Position numbers and translations under genes: made by a program | From: an uncultured Alphaproteobacteria bacterium | Lineage (GTDB): Bacteria; Pseudomonadota; Alphaproteobacteria; CADEGL01 | Direction: 5' to 3' | NCBI GenBank assembly: GCA_902826885.1 | Contig: CADEGL010000010.1 | Span: 4,037 to 68,036 of the forward strand | Length of the DNA stretch: 64,000 bases | The notes under the pieces: generated by a model | Databases searched by the model: none | What the model saw: only the letters and a program-made list of their open reading frames with translations | Told to the model about the DNA's origin: nothing | In this document: positions 26,720 through 36,964 of the stretch, piece after piece | Layout: each line of letters opens with the position of its first letter | Numbering within the stretch: position 1 is the stretch's first letter

Positions 26720-28687
26720 ATGTCCCATATCGTCATCATCGATGACCGGGTCACTAATCGGAACATTCTCGTCAAGCTGGCTCAGTCGCTTGACAGGAAT
26801 GTCGATGTTCGCGCGTTCGCCGACCCGAGCGCGGCAATCGAGTGGTTCGCCGACCACACGCCGGACCTGGTCATCACCGACTACAAGATGCTCAGCATGG
26901 ACGGCGACGCCTTCATCCGGCAGTTCCGCCGCCTGCCGTTCTGCTTCGACGTTCCTGTCATCGTTGTGACGGTCTATGAAGACCGCGACTTCCGATATCG
27001 GGCGCTCGAGGCGGGCGCCACCGACTTCCTTCTAAGCCCTGTCGATCATCATGAATTCCGTGCCCGCGCGCGCAACCTCCTGACCTTGCGTCGCCAGCAG
27101 GAAATCATCCGCAAGCGTGCCCTCACCCTCGAACAGAAGCTGCGCACCTCGGACCGCCTTCACAAGCAGGCGCTTCACACCAGCGCGGAGCTTCTGCGCC
27201 TTGTGGTCGGGTCCGTGCCCGCGATGATCAGCGCGACCGATGAAGAGGGGCGCTGCGTCTTCGTCAACGACTACCTGGCGGATTTCTTCGGCGTTGATCC
27301 CGCCGCCACGATTGGCCGAACGATGGGCGAGCTGTTCGGCGCCGACTACGGCGCGCGGCACGCCGAATACGGTCGGAGCGTTCTGGCCGATGGGCGGCCG
27401 CTGGCCGGCATCGAGGAAGCCTTGAACGACAGGAACGGCCGGCCGGCCGTCTTCCTCACCACCAAGGCGCCGCTGCGCGATGCGGCGGGACGGATCTCCA
27501 GCATCGTGTCCGTGTCGCTCGACATCACCGAGCGCCGCGCGCGCGAGCGCAGCCTCAACGAAGCCTCGGCCCTGGTGAAGGTCACGACGGAGGCCATGGC
27601 CCAGGGTCTGGTCGCGTTCGACGCCGAAATGACCATCCTGATCGCCAACACGCGGGCCGCGTTTCTGCTCGACGTGGCACCGGCCATGCTTCAGCCCGGC
27701 CAGGATTTCCGGAAGATCGTGGCCTATGGCGTGGCGCGCGGGGACTATGCCGCTGCCAGCGCGGACGAGGTTTCGCGCCGCTACTTGCAGATGGGCCGGC
27801 GGGGCGCGGCCTTCACGATCGGTCAGCCGGGATCGGACGACGTCGCGGTCGAGGTTCGCGGCAGCCCGATGCCGACGGGCGGCGCGGTGCTGACCTTCAC
27901 GGACATTACCGAGCGAAAGAAGGTCGAGGCCGAGTTGCTGGTCGCCAAGGAGAACGCCGAGCGGGCCAGCCGCGCCAAGTCGGAGTTCCTGGCGCATATG
28001 AGCCACGAGTTGCGTACGCCGCTCAATGCCATCATGGGCTTTTCCGAATTGATGAAGAGCGAGGTGTTCGGTCCCGTCGGCAGCGACCGTTACCGCGAAT
28101 ACTGCGCCGACATCTACAATAGCGGCGCCCATTTGCTCAGCTTGATCAACGACATCCTGGACCTGTCCAAGATCGACGCCGGCAAGGCGGACCTTCAGGA
28201 ATCCAGCGTCGATGTGGCGGCTTCGATCGAGAACGTGCTGCGCCTGGTGCGCATCCGCGCCGAGGAGGGCAAGGTGCGGCTCGAGGTCGACGTGGCGCCG
28301 GGCTTGCCGCCGATGCGGCTGGACGCGCGCAAGTTCAAGCAGATCTTGATGAATTTGGTTTCCAACGCGGTCAAGTTCACGCCCGAAGGCGGTCAGGTGC
28401 GAATCGGCGCGCGGCTGAGCACCGACCACGGCATGCTGATCGAGGTCGCCGATACCGGTATCGGTATCTCCGAGGAGGATCTGCCGCGCGTGATCACCCG
28501 CTTCGGCCAGGTGACGGGCGAGCATGCGCGCCAGCACGCGGGCAGCGGTCTCGGCCTGCCACTCGCCATCGAGCTGACCAAGCTGCATGGCGGGCGCTGC
28601 GACATCTCGAGCCAAGTGGGCGTCGGTACGGTGGTAACCGTGCGTCTGCCCGGCGAGCGATCCGAACTGCAGGCCAATATCGCCTAA
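26720..28687 (+). CDS. hybrid sensor histidine kinase with N-terminal receiver, two PAS domains, HisKA and HATPase
   Basis: REC domain (IVIIDD...DLVITDYKM). H-box [12 protein letters not shown]-boxes DTGIGI/GSGLGL. Confidence 0.85.
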   Translation: MSHIVIIDDRVTNRNILVKLAQSLDRNVDVRAFADPSAAIEWFADHTPDLVITDYKMLSMDGDAFIRQFRRLPFCFDVPVIVVTVYEDRDFRYRALEAGATDFLLSPVDHHEFRARARNLLTLRRQQEIIRKRALTLEQKLRTSDRLHKQALHTSAELLRLVVGSVPAMISATDEEGRCVFVNDYLADFFGVDPAATIGRTMGELFGADYGARHAEYGRSVLADGRPLAGIEEALNDRNGRPAVFLTTKAPLRDAAGRISSIVSVSLDITERRARERSLNEASALVKVTTEAMAQGLVAFDAEMTILIANTRAAFLLDVAPAMLQPGQDFRKIVAYGVARGDYAAASADEVSRRYLQMGRRGAAFTIGQPGSDDVAVEVRGSPMPTGGAVLTFTDITERKKVEAELLVAKENAERASRAKSEFLAHMSHELRTPLNAIMGFSELMKSEVFGPVGSDRYREYCADIYNSGAHLLSLINDILDLSKIDAGKADLQESSVDVAASIENVLRLVRIRAEEGKVRLEVDVAPGLPPMRLDARKFKQILMNLVSNAVKFTPEGGQVRIGARLSTDHGMLIEVADTGIGISEEDLPRVITRFGQVTGEHARQHAGSGLGLPLAIELTKLHGGRCDISSQVGVGTVVTVRLPGERSELQANIA

Positions 28688-28721
28688 GACGCGGCGGGAA
28701 GACGGCGATGGCGTTCGTGCG

Positions 28722-31259
28722 ATGACCACGGTCGAAACGGCGCAAACCGGCAAGCGGGGCCGCTTGGCCTGGCTGCGCGGCCGTCTCGCCAACCGGCCGG
28801 ACAGCGAGCACGAACAGGCCATTATCCGCGTCGTCATCGTCAGCCTGCTGGCGTTTTATTTTTACGTTTTGGACGACGGTGTGGCGCGGCCGGGCGTGGA
28901 TTATCACGCGGGTTTCCTGTTCGCCTGCGCCTATCTCGCGACCGCGATTTTGATCGTCGGCATGATTGTCGCGCGGCCGGGTAAATCGGTGGCGCGGCGC
29001 ATCTTCGCCATGGTGGGCGACCAGACCACGCTGTCGGTCCTCATGTATTTCGGCGGCGAGGCGGGTGCGGGTATTTACCCGATCTATCTATGGATCACGC
29101 TGGGTTACGGCTTCCGCTATGGCGTGGCCTATCTGCGTCCCGCGGCGTTGTTCAGCATTCTGGGCTTCCTGGCCGTCACGCTGACCAACGAGTATTGGAG
29201 CATCAGCCATCCGCTCTCGATCGGTCTGCTCTTGGCGCTGGTCGTGCTGCCCGCTTATGTCAGTACGCTGATCAAGAAGCTGACCGAGGCCAAGGCGGTG
29301 GCCGAGGACGCCAACCAAGCCAAGAGCCGGTTCCTGGCCAACATGAGCCACGAACTGCGCACGCCGCTCAACGCCATCATCGGCATGAGCGACCTTCTGC
29401 GCGGCACCACGCTGGACGCCGAGCAGCGCGACATGACGCACACGATCGGAAGTTCGGGCCGCGCACTCCTGTCGCTGATCGACGATATTCTCGATCTTTC
29501 GAAGATCGAGGCGCGGAAATATGCGGTCGAAGTCTCCGACTTCGACCTGCACGCCGAGGTGGCCGATCTTGTGTCGATCGTACAACCCCAGGCCGCGGGC
29601 AAGGGGTTGGACCTGCGTGCCCACTTCACGGCGCATACGCCGCACGCCTTGCGCGGCGACGTTCGTCACCTACGCCAAGTGCTGATGAACTTCCTGTCCA
29701 ACGCGGTGAAGTTCACCGAGCGTGGCCATGTCGTCTTGTCGATCGATGCGGTCGATACGCGGGGCGACAAGGCCGTGCTTCTGTTCCGCGTCGTCGACTC
29801 GGGCATCGGCATCCGGCCCGAAGACCGGCAGCGCATCTTCGACAGCTTCACCCAGGCCGATGACGCCACCAACCGCCGCTACGGCGGCACGGGCCTGGGC
29901 CTTGCCATCGCGAAACAGCTCGCGGGTCTTCTGGGCGGCGAGATCGGTGTCGAGAGCGTGCCCGGCGAGGGCAGCACGTTCTGGGTCAAGGCGCCCTTCG
30001 CCATGCGCGCCGCGGATGAGGCACCCTTGGCGCTCGAAGGCCGCGCACTGATCCTCACCGCCGACGGTGCCCTGGCCAACGAGTTGCTGCCGTTGGTCGA
30101 GCGCGCCGGCATGGAGGCCGCCGTGACCCCGACCGCCAGTAAGGCTGTCGAGGAAGCCATGGGTGCCGCCGCGGCGGGCATGGGTTATCGCGTCGTATTG
30201 GTCGATGCGCGCGCGCCGGGGGTCGAGACAAGGAATATCGTCGACGCGATCCGGGCGAGCGATCGCGCATGCCAATTCGTCTTGTTGCGTGGGCCGGCCA
30301 GCGAGCCGGAAGCCTTTGCCCGCGCCTATGTCGCAACGGTGCCGGTTCCGCTGACGGCCGAATCGGTCGAAAACGCGCTGCGCGCGGCCGTGGCATTCGA
30401 CCCGGCCCGCCACGCCGCGGCACCCGCCCGGCCCACTTCGCCGCACCGCGCGTTGCGGGTGCTGATCGCCGAGGACAATCCGGTCAATCGCAAGGTGACG
30501 GCCAAGATTCTGGAGAAGGGCGGACATATCCCCATTCTTGTCGGCACGGCAGACGAGGCGCTCGATCTCTTGGATGCCGAGCCGTTCGACGCCGTGCTGA
30601 TGGACGTCAACATGCCGGGCACGAGCGGGCTCGACGCGGTCAAGCTTTACCGCATGGCGCATCTGGACGGGCGGCATTTGCCGTTCATCGCGTTGACCGC
30701 CGACGCCACGCCCGAGGCGCGCAAGCGCTGCGAGGATGCCGGCATGGACGCTTATCTCACCAAGCCGGTGGATACCGCGCGGCTGATCGCGACGGTTGAA
30801 TCCCTGGCCGTAACGGCGGGCGAGCCGACGGAGGCGGACATGGGCCAAGTGGCCGACATCACCAAGCACCCGCGCTTTCAAAGCGAAGCGCAGCCCGTGG
30901 TCGATTTCCGCGCGTTGGAGGAACTGCATGCGCTCGGCCAAGGCGGCGCGTTCGTGGCCGAGGTGATCGACGACTTCATCGTCGACGCCGAGCAGGTGAT
31001 CGCGGACCTGCGCACCGCCGTGGCCGCCGACGACATCCCGGCCTTCCGCGACAACCTTCATGCCTTGCGCAGCAGCGCCGCCAACGTGGGCGCCGTGCGC
31101 CTGCATCGCGTCTGCTCGGGCTTCGACCGTCGCGGCGCGGCCTCGCTTCGCGACGAGGGGGCAGCCCAAGCGGAGCAGATCGCGGAGGAGTTCGCGCGCT
31201 ACCGCTCGGTGGTCGCGCGCCATCTGGCCGAGCGTTACGGACGCTCGCGCCCCTCCTGA
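28722..31259 (+). CDS. RpfC-like hybrid sensor kinase: multi-TM sensor, HisKA, HATPase, a degenerate REC-like linker, REC and HPt
   Basis: The 5-6 TM N-terminus is followed by the H-box [13 protein letters not shown]. The REC domain reads [13 protein letters not shown]...VLMDVNMP. The HPt motif is [12 protein letters not shown]. Confidence 0.8.
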   Translation: MTTVETAQTGKRGRLAWLRGRLANRPDSEHEQAIIRVVIVSLLAFYFYVLDDGVARPGVDYHAGFLFACAYLATAILIVGMIVARPGKSVARRIFAMVGDQTTLSVLMYFGGEAGAGIYPIYLWITLGYGFRYGVAYLRPAALFSILGFLAVTLTNEYWSISHPLSIGLLLALVVLPAYVSTLIKKLTEAKAVAEDANQAKSRFLANMSHELRTPLNAIIGMSDLLRGTTLDAEQRDMTHTIGSSGRALLSLIDDILDLSKIEARKYAVEVSDFDLHAEVADLVSIVQPQAAGKGLDLRAHFTAHTPHALRGDVRHLRQVLMNFLSNAVKFTERGHVVLSIDAVDTRGDKAVLLFRVVDSGIGIRPEDRQRIFDSFTQADDATNRRYGGTGLGLAIAKQLAGLLGGEIGVESVPGEGSTFWVKAPFAMRAADEAPLALEGRALILTADGALANELLPLVERAGMEAAVTPTASKAVEEAMGAAAAGMGYRVVLVDARAPGVETRNIVDAIRASDRACQFVLLRGPASEPEAFARAYVATVPVPLTAESVENALRAAVAFDPARHAAAPARPTSPHRALRVLIAEDNPVNRKVTAKILEKGGHIPILVGTADEALDLLDAEPFDAVLMDVNMPGTSGLDAVKLYRMAHLDGRHLPFIALTADATPEARKRCEDAGMDAYLTKPVDTARLIATVESLAVTAGEPTEADMGQVADITKHPRFQSEAQPVVDFRALEELHALGQGGAFVAEVIDDFIVDAEQVIADLRTAVAADDIPAFRDNLHALRSSAANVGAVRLHRVCSGFDRRGAASLRDEGAAQAEQIAEEFARYRSVVARHLAERYGRSRPS

Positions 31260-31294
31260 CGGCGGGAGCCGCCGGCCCCCGCCTGCTCACGATC

Positions 31295-32263
31295 TCAGAC
31301 GCCGATGGCCGCCCAGCGCCGGTCCTGCGCCGCGGCCAAACGCTCCATCTTCCGCAAGTCGCTGTTCTCGAGCGTCAGCGCCGTTTCGACCCACAGGTCG
31401 GTGATGTCCAGCAGTTCGCGATGGGAGACCGGGTTGACCATCCGCCGCACTTTGTATACCGCGCGGTGGGCGTTGAAGCTGCGGTCGCGCTCCTCGACAT
31501 ACTGGTAAACCGCTTCCTCGCCTTGGCCGTCGGGCGCCACCATATCGATCACATCCATCGCCTTCAGCTCCTCGGCGGAATAGATACGTCCCGACAGGAT
31601 CATTTCCTCCGCGCGCGCGGGGCCAATGCGACGGCCCAAGAGACTGTAGGCGCCCATGCCGGGAAAAAGGTTGAACAGGATTTCCGGCAGGCCGAACTTG
31701 GCGCTTTTCTCCGCCACGATCACGTCGGCGGCCAGCGCGCATTCGAAGCCGCCGCCGAGTGCGTCGCCCTGGACTAGCGAGATGCTGACCACCGGCGTAT
31801 CCATATTGATTGCGCGCGCATGTTGGACGTCGATGCAGGCATGGGCGTAGCGGCGCAAGCCGGCGCGGTCCTTGGCGCGGATCAGTTCGACGAACAACGG
31901 CAGGTCGCCGCCCAGGTTGAAGATGCCCGGCATGCGCGAGGCCATGACGACGTATCGCATGGACGCTTCGCCGCTCTCCGGGATCTCGGCGAAGACGGTT
32001 TCGACCCAGCGCTGGGCCGCGCGCATGTCGGACAGAAGACCCATGGTGAAACTTGGGCGTCCTGACGGCTTCATGTGCTGCCACAGGATGCGCGCGGGTG
32101 CATCGAGCCGCACGTCGAGTTCGCCCAAATGGGCGGTGTTGCCTAGATCGATTGCGGGTGGGGAAAGCGGCTGGATGGCCAGATTGCCCGTGTATTCCAG
32201 CGTGCGGGCCGCGAGCCGCCCGGCGGGCGCGAACGCGTGAACGGTCTGCTTGGTTTCACTCAT
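31295..32263 (-). CDS. rpfF: RpfF-family DSF (cis-2-unsaturated fatty-acid signal) synthase, crotonase fold
   Basis: Near-identical motif blocks to Xanthomonas RpfF: FNLGGDLPLF, SLVQGDALGGGFECALAADVIVAE, GLPEILFNLFPGMGAYS and WVETALTLENSDLRKMERL. SD AAGGAG lies 6 nt before the ATG at 32263. Confidence 0.8.
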   Translation of the reverse strand: MSETKQTVHAFAPAGRLAARTLEYTGNLAIQPLSPPAIDLGNTAHLGELDVRLDAPARILWQHMKPSGRPSFTMGLLSDMRAAQRWVETVFAEIPESGEASMRYVVMASRMPGIFNLGGDLPLFVELIRAKDRAGLRRYAHACIDVQHARAINMDTPVVSISLVQGDALGGGFECALAADVIVAEKSAKFGLPEILFNLFPGMGAYSLLGRRIGPARAEEMILSGRIYSAEELKAMDVIDMVAPDGQGEEAVYQYVEERDRSFNAHRAVYKVRRMVNPVSHRELLDITDLWVETALTLENSDLRKMERLAAAQDRRWAAIGV

Positions 32264-32465
32264 GATCATCTCCTTGGGAACCGGTTTGAGGCGAGCGATG
32301 GGACTCCCCCCATGGAAAGATGCGCGCGGCATTTGACAGGCGCAATACGACCTCCCTTTCCGATTGCCTTGAGGTGCCGGCAAAAGTGGCGCCGGAGCGC
32401 TTGGCCGGGCGCCCGTCCAGCGGCTAAGCTGCGGGCCCGCAAAGGGAAATGAGGGGGAGCCTCCC

Positions 32466-34175
32466 GTGCAATACGACTACGTCATCATCGGCGGCGGGTC
32501 CGCCGGCTGCGTGCTCGCGAACCGCTTGTCGGCCGATTCGAACAAGACCGTATGCCTGATCGAGGCCGGGCCGAACGAATCGCCCGAGCACATGCCGCAG
32601 TCGCTCTATGAGGCGTCCTTCCTGCCCGATTATTTCGAGGACAAGCGCTACTGGACCAAGCTCGAAGCCTTCATGGACCCGATCGGCAACAAGACGGTCG
32701 ACGAGGTCGCCTCATCGGGAAAGGCGCGCCGCTATGAGCAGGCGCGGGTGATCGGCGGCGGCTCGGCCGTCAATGGCCAGGTCGCCATCCGCGGCATCCC
32801 CTCGGACTACGACGAGTGGGCTTCGCTCGGCGCCGACGGCTGGACGTTCAAGGACGTCCTGCCCTACTTCAACAAGCTTGAACGCGACCTGGATTTCGAC
32901 GGCCCCTATCACGGCAAGCAGGGGCCGATTCCCATCCACCGCATCTTCCCGCAGGATTGGGGCGGCCTGTCGTTGGCTTTCCGCGACGCGGTCGCCACGC
33001 GCGGTGTCCCCTATTACGACGACTGCCACGCCAACTTCACGGACGGCTGTTTCCCCTTCACGCGCAACAACGCTTATCTGCACCGTGTCTCGGCCAACAC
33101 GGGCTATCTCGACGGCGCGACGCGCCAGCGCAAGAACCTGCACATCACGGGCGAAAGCTTCGTCGATTCCTTCGTCTTCGAAGGCAACCGGGTGGTGGGC
33201 GCGCGCGTGCGCCGTGCCGGTAAGACCGACGTCATCAAGGGCCGCGAGATCATCCTGTCGGCGGGCGCCATCCATTCGCCCGCCATGCTGATGCGCGCGG
33301 GCATCGGACCCGGCGATCATTTGAAGGAACGCGGTATCGAAGTGCGCGTCGACCGGCCGGGCGTGGGCTCGAATCTGCAGGACCATCCGCTCATCGGCTA
33401 TGGGCTGCACTTGAAGCCCGAGGGCCGCATGGCCGAGACCCTGCGCTGCAACTTCCTGTTGCATATGCGCTGGTCGTCCAAGTTCGAGGGCTGCACGCCC
33501 ATGGACATGAAGCTGTCGGTCTCGAACCGCTTCTCCTGGAGCAAGATGGGCCAGCAGATCGCGACCATCCAGTTTGGCGCCAACAAGGCCTATTCCAAGG
33601 GCTTTGTGCGCCTGAAAAACGCTTCGCCGGACGAGGAGCCGATCGTGGCGTTTAATCTTCTGTCCGATTCGCGTGATCTGGAGCGGACGAAATGGGCTGC
33701 GCGTTTCGTCTACGACGTGCTGATGAACGGGCCGGTCAAGGACATGTACCACTCGGCCTGGCCGGGCATTTACGCCGACTCCGTCCGCAACCTGCAGCCG
33801 GAGACGGGTCTTAACAAGTTCATCACCAATATGGCCGCGATGCTGCTCGACATGGGCGGCCCGGCGCGCGCCTTCGTGATCAAGCAGGCCGTCGATCCGC
33901 GCTTCGACCTGCACGAAATCCAGAAGAACGAAAAGCTGATGGAAGAGTGGATTCGGGCGGGCGTGCAGGGCGACTGGCACGCTTGCGGCACCTGCCGGAT
34001 GGGCCGCAAGGACGACCGCATGGCGGTGACCGATCCGCACGGCCGCGTCTACGGTATCGAAGGATTGCGCGTGGTCGATGCTTCGATCATGCCGTCGGTG
34101 CCCTGCGCCAACACCAACATCTCGACGATCATGATCGGCGAGAAGATGTCCGATCACATCAAGGCGGCGGGCTGA
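32466..34175 (+). CDS. GMC-family FAD-dependent oxidoreductase (choline/alcohol dehydrogenase-like)
   Basis: YDYVIIGGGSAGCVLANRLS at the N-terminus and a GMC C-terminal His-containing active-site block. GTG start with SD GAGGGGGAG. Confidence 0.85.
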   Translation: MQYDYVIIGGGSAGCVLANRLSADSNKTVCLIEAGPNESPEHMPQSLYEASFLPDYFEDKRYWTKLEAFMDPIGNKTVDEVASSGKARRYEQARVIGGGSAVNGQVAIRGIPSDYDEWASLGADGWTFKDVLPYFNKLERDLDFDGPYHGKQGPIPIHRIFPQDWGGLSLAFRDAVATRGVPYYDDCHANFTDGCFPFTRNNAYLHRVSANTGYLDGATRQRKNLHITGESFVDSFVFEGNRVVGARVRRAGKTDVIKGREIILSAGAIHSPAMLMRAGIGPGDHLKERGIEVRVDRPGVGSNLQDHPLIGYGLHLKPEGRMAETLRCNFLLHMRWSSKFEGCTPMDMKLSVSNRFSWSKMGQQIATIQFGANKAYSKGFVRLKNASPDEEPIVAFNLLSDSRDLERTKWAARFVYDVLMNGPVKDMYHSAWPGIYADSVRNLQPETGLNKFITNMAAMLLDMGGPARAFVIKQAVDPRFDLHEIQKNEKLMEEWIRAGVQGDWHACGTCRMGRKDDRMAVTDPHGRVYGIEGLRVVDASIMPSVPCANTNISTIMIGEKMSDHIKAAG

Positions 34176-34185
34176 AGGAGGCCGG

Positions 34186-34548
34186 ATGGCGGCGGTTACG
34201 GCGGAACGGCCAGGCGGCTTATTGATCGCGAGCGTCGTCGCGGCGCTTGTGGTCGTGGCCGCCGCGTTGGCCGTCCGCTTTCTCGTCATCGAGGGCCAGA
34301 TGGCCCAGGCCTGTATCGCGATGACGCCGCCGTCCTGGTGCGCGGCACGGAACTCGCTGGTGCAGTTCTTCCGCGCCGAAGGTTTCGGCTACGCGGCGCT
34401 GGCGGCCGGCATCCTGGCGCATCTCTTCGGCGGCCGGCCCGCGGCCATCGTGGCGCTGATCGTGGGGGCGGCGGGGTTGGTGCTCTACAACACCGGCCTG
34501 GCGTCGGTCGCCGTTCTGCTCGGCCTGTTGCGTCTCGTCCGGCGCTAG
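34186..34548 (+). CDS. small membrane protein (120 aa, 3 TM)
   Basis: SD AAGGAGG precedes it. Hydrophobic helices are present. No family assignment. Confidence 0.55.
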   Translation: MAAVTAERPGGLLIASVVAALVVVAAALAVRFLVIEGQMAQACIAMTPPSWCAARNSLVQFFRAEGFGYAALAAGILAHLFGGRPAAIVALIVGAAGLVLYNTGLASVAVLLGLLRLVRR

Positions 34549-36188
34549 GCGCGCTTCCGCAAGCCGAGCCACGGCCAGGCCAGGACCAAGCAGGTCACCG
34601 TCCAGCCCCAGGCCTGCCAGTTCTCGAACCCTTCGCGCACGCCGCCCACCAAGGCCGCCGTGGCCAGAAGCCACGCCAGCCAGCGTTCTTCCGTGCGCCC
34701 CGGTGCAAGCCGTCCACCCGCCGCCAGGAAACCCACGGCGGGAATCAGGAACGCGACGGTGGGGAAATCGCGGTAGCGCGGATCGAAAACGAGGGCGAGC
34801 GCGATGGCGGTCGCGGCGAACACCGACGCACCGTGCAGAACGCCGAGCCACAACGATGGGGTGAAGGGTGCCGCCCAGAACCCGCGCGGCCAGGCCAGCA
34901 CGTCGCGCAACGGGGCCGCGCGGTAACCGTCCCCCGCATACGGCCAGAACAATGCGCCGCGCGCGGCATGGCGCAGCAAGGTCCAGGCCGTGGCCAAGGA
35001 CAGCGCGATACCCGCGATCCCGAAGCCCCAATCGCGCGGCGTGACGCTGGTGATCGCGACGAAGCGTGCCTGCACGACGACGATGCAACCAGCCGCCATG
35101 GCGGCGAAGGCAAAGGCCAGCCATTCGGCGGTGGAGAAACGCCGGCCGCGGCTGAGCGCGTACAACACCGGCAAGGCCGCGAGCGCGAGGGAGGCCGCGA
35201 GCCGCTCGCGCCAGAACGCATCGCCTCCGGCGGGACCGATGAAGGGGAATTTGGCTTGGCGCGCGGTGTCGTAGAGGCCCCAATAGCCGCCGACCGTGCC
35301 TTCCTGCGCGCGCTTCCACGATTGGTCGAAGGCCTCGATCACGTTGTAGTCGATGCCCTTGGCCTCGGCGAGATTGACGAAGCCGCGGATGAAGCGCGCC
35401 TGGTTCGCGGGGCTCGGCCGCGCGGCCTCGCGCATGCGCCCTTCGCTCGGCCAGCCCGTCTCGCCGATCAGGAGCTTCTTGTTCGGAAACTTGGCCTGGA
35501 CGATTCCCAGGATGTTGGCGATGTGATCGACCGCATGGTCGATGCCGATCGGATCGTCCTCCCAATAGGGCAGGATGTGGATGGTCACGAAGTCCGCCGC
35601 CTCGGCCAGCTGCGGATTTCGAAGCCAAAATTCCCACACGTCGGCGTAGGTGACAGGCACTTTGGTCGCCTGCCGCGCCTGATTCATCATCGCGGCCAAG
35701 GCTTCGGGCGGTTGTTCCTGGCGTAGAAGCGTCTCGTTGCCGATGACCAGCGCCCGCACCGTGTCGGGATAGGCGTTGGCCAGTTCGATGACCTCTTGCA
35801 GCTCGCGCGCATTGCGGTCGGCCTCGCGCCCGATCCAGGCGCCCACGATCACTTTAATGCCGAGCTTCTGCGCGAGGCGCGGGATCGCGTCCTGGCCGTG
35901 GGCGGTGGAATAGGTGCGCACGCAGTCGAAGCGCTCGGCCAGATAGCGAAGGTCGGCCTCCATCTGCGCGGACGGAATCATCAGCTCGGGGTCGGCGGGC
36001 GTTTGCCAGCCCTGGAACGGCGCATAGGAGACGCAGCGCAATTTCGCCGTCGGCGCGTCGGGAATTCCCGCCACGGGCTGGCCTTCGAACCACCAGCCGA
36101 TCGCCGCGAGGATGGCGGCCAAGAGAAAGGCCAGCGCGCCGACCCAGCGCGGGCGGAAGCGTTGCACACTTTGCTCCGCCCCCACCAT
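34545..36188 (-). CDS. NdvC-like glycoside hydrolase family 17 (beta-1,3-glucan transglycosylase) fused to a C-terminal polytopic membrane domain
   Basis: GH17 catalytic motifs IGNE and GETGWPS. The C-terminal ~250 aa form a multi-TM region. The start at 36188 overlaps the exoD stop by 1 nt. Confidence 0.75.
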   Translation of the reverse strand: MVGAEQSVQRFRPRWVGALAFLLAAILAAIGWWFEGQPVAGIPDAPTAKLRCVSYAPFQGWQTPADPELMIPSAQMEADLRYLAERFDCVRTYSTAHGQDAIPRLAQKLGIKVIVGAWIGREADRNARELQEVIELANAYPDTVRALVIGNETLLRQEQPPEALAAMMNQARQATKVPVTYADVWEFWLRNPQLAEAADFVTIHILPYWEDDPIGIDHAVDHIANILGIVQAKFPNKKLLIGETGWPSEGRMREAARPSPANQARFIRGFVNLAEAKGIDYNVIEAFDQSWKRAQEGTVGGYWGLYDTARQAKFPFIGPAGGDAFWRERLAASLALAALPVLYALSRGRRFSTAEWLAFAFAAMAAGCIVVVQARFVAITSVTPRDWGFGIAGIALSLATAWTLLRHAARGALFWPYAGDGYRAAPLRDVLAWPRGFWAAPFTPSLWLGVLHGASVFAATAIALALVFDPRYRDFPTVAFLIPAVGFLAAGGRLAPGRTEERWLAWLLATAALVGGVREGFENWQAWGWTVTCLVLAWPWLGLRKRA

Positions 36189-36805
36189 CACCAGGCCTGG
36201 AGTTGCTGGAAGAAGCGGGTCACGGCGTAGAAGCCGGTACCCACAATGGCGACGAAGACGGCCAGGGCCACGGCACTGGCCAGCACACCCGCCAGCACCG
36301 TCACGCCATCGGCTTCGATCAGCCCCAGCGAGACGATGGCGATGCCGATGGCGGGCAGCAGGTTCGCGCCCACTAGCGGCAGCAGCAGCACGAGTCCCAA
36401 TACGACCAATAGAAGGCCGAGCAGCCGTTCGGCCACGCCTTGCGGCGTCACGGTCAGCCGCGGCTTGCAATAGCGTTCGAACCGTTCGATGGCGGGCCGC
36501 ACCCGGTCGGCCATGCGCTTGAAGTCGGCGCGCCGCACGTCGCGCGTGAGCAACTTCTTGGGCAGCCATGGGCGCTTGTGCCCCAGCATCATCTGTCCGG
36601 CCGTGATCACGATCAGCACGCCGAACAGGGACGAGATGCCGGGCAGGGGGATCATGTTGGGCAGCGCCCAGATGAAGAGAATGACACCGAAGCCCCGCCC
36701 GCCCAGCTCTTCCGCCAGATCGGCGAAGGACAGGCGATCCTCCGGATGCCCTTCGTCCGCGATGCGCCGCAGAAGCGTGGAAATACGTTCATGATGCGGT
36801 CGCAT
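36188..36805 (-). CDS. exoD: ExoD family exopolysaccharide synthesis protein
   Basis: ExoD family membrane topology and conserved N-terminus (DRLSFADLAEELGGRGFGVILFIWALPNMIP). Confidence 0.75.
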   Translation of the reverse strand: MRPHHERISTLLRRIADEGHPEDRLSFADLAEELGGRGFGVILFIWALPNMIPLPGISSLFGVLIVITAGQMMLGHKRPWLPKKLLTRDVRRADFKRMADRVRPAIERFERYCKPRLTVTPQGVAERLLGLLLVVLGLVLLLPLVGANLLPAIGIAIVSLGLIEADGVTVLAGVLASAVALAVFVAIVGTGFYAVTRFFQQLQAW

Positions 36806-36964
36806 GGACGGCGGGCGGCTCCCAACGGATCGGCCATAAAGACCCCACTGGACGGCGGGCGTCAATCGCGGGAAGCGCCGTTTTTTCGCCGGATTCCGCG
36901 CGGCGGGCCTTGAAGGTTCGGCGCCGCTGTTGGAAACATGGGCGGCCAACCGAGGGGACCCGCC

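Noticed and set aside
31287-32084. 265-aa ORF overlapping rpfF in another frame
   Set aside because: Arg/Pro/Gly-rich shadow frame of the well-supported rpfF gene.
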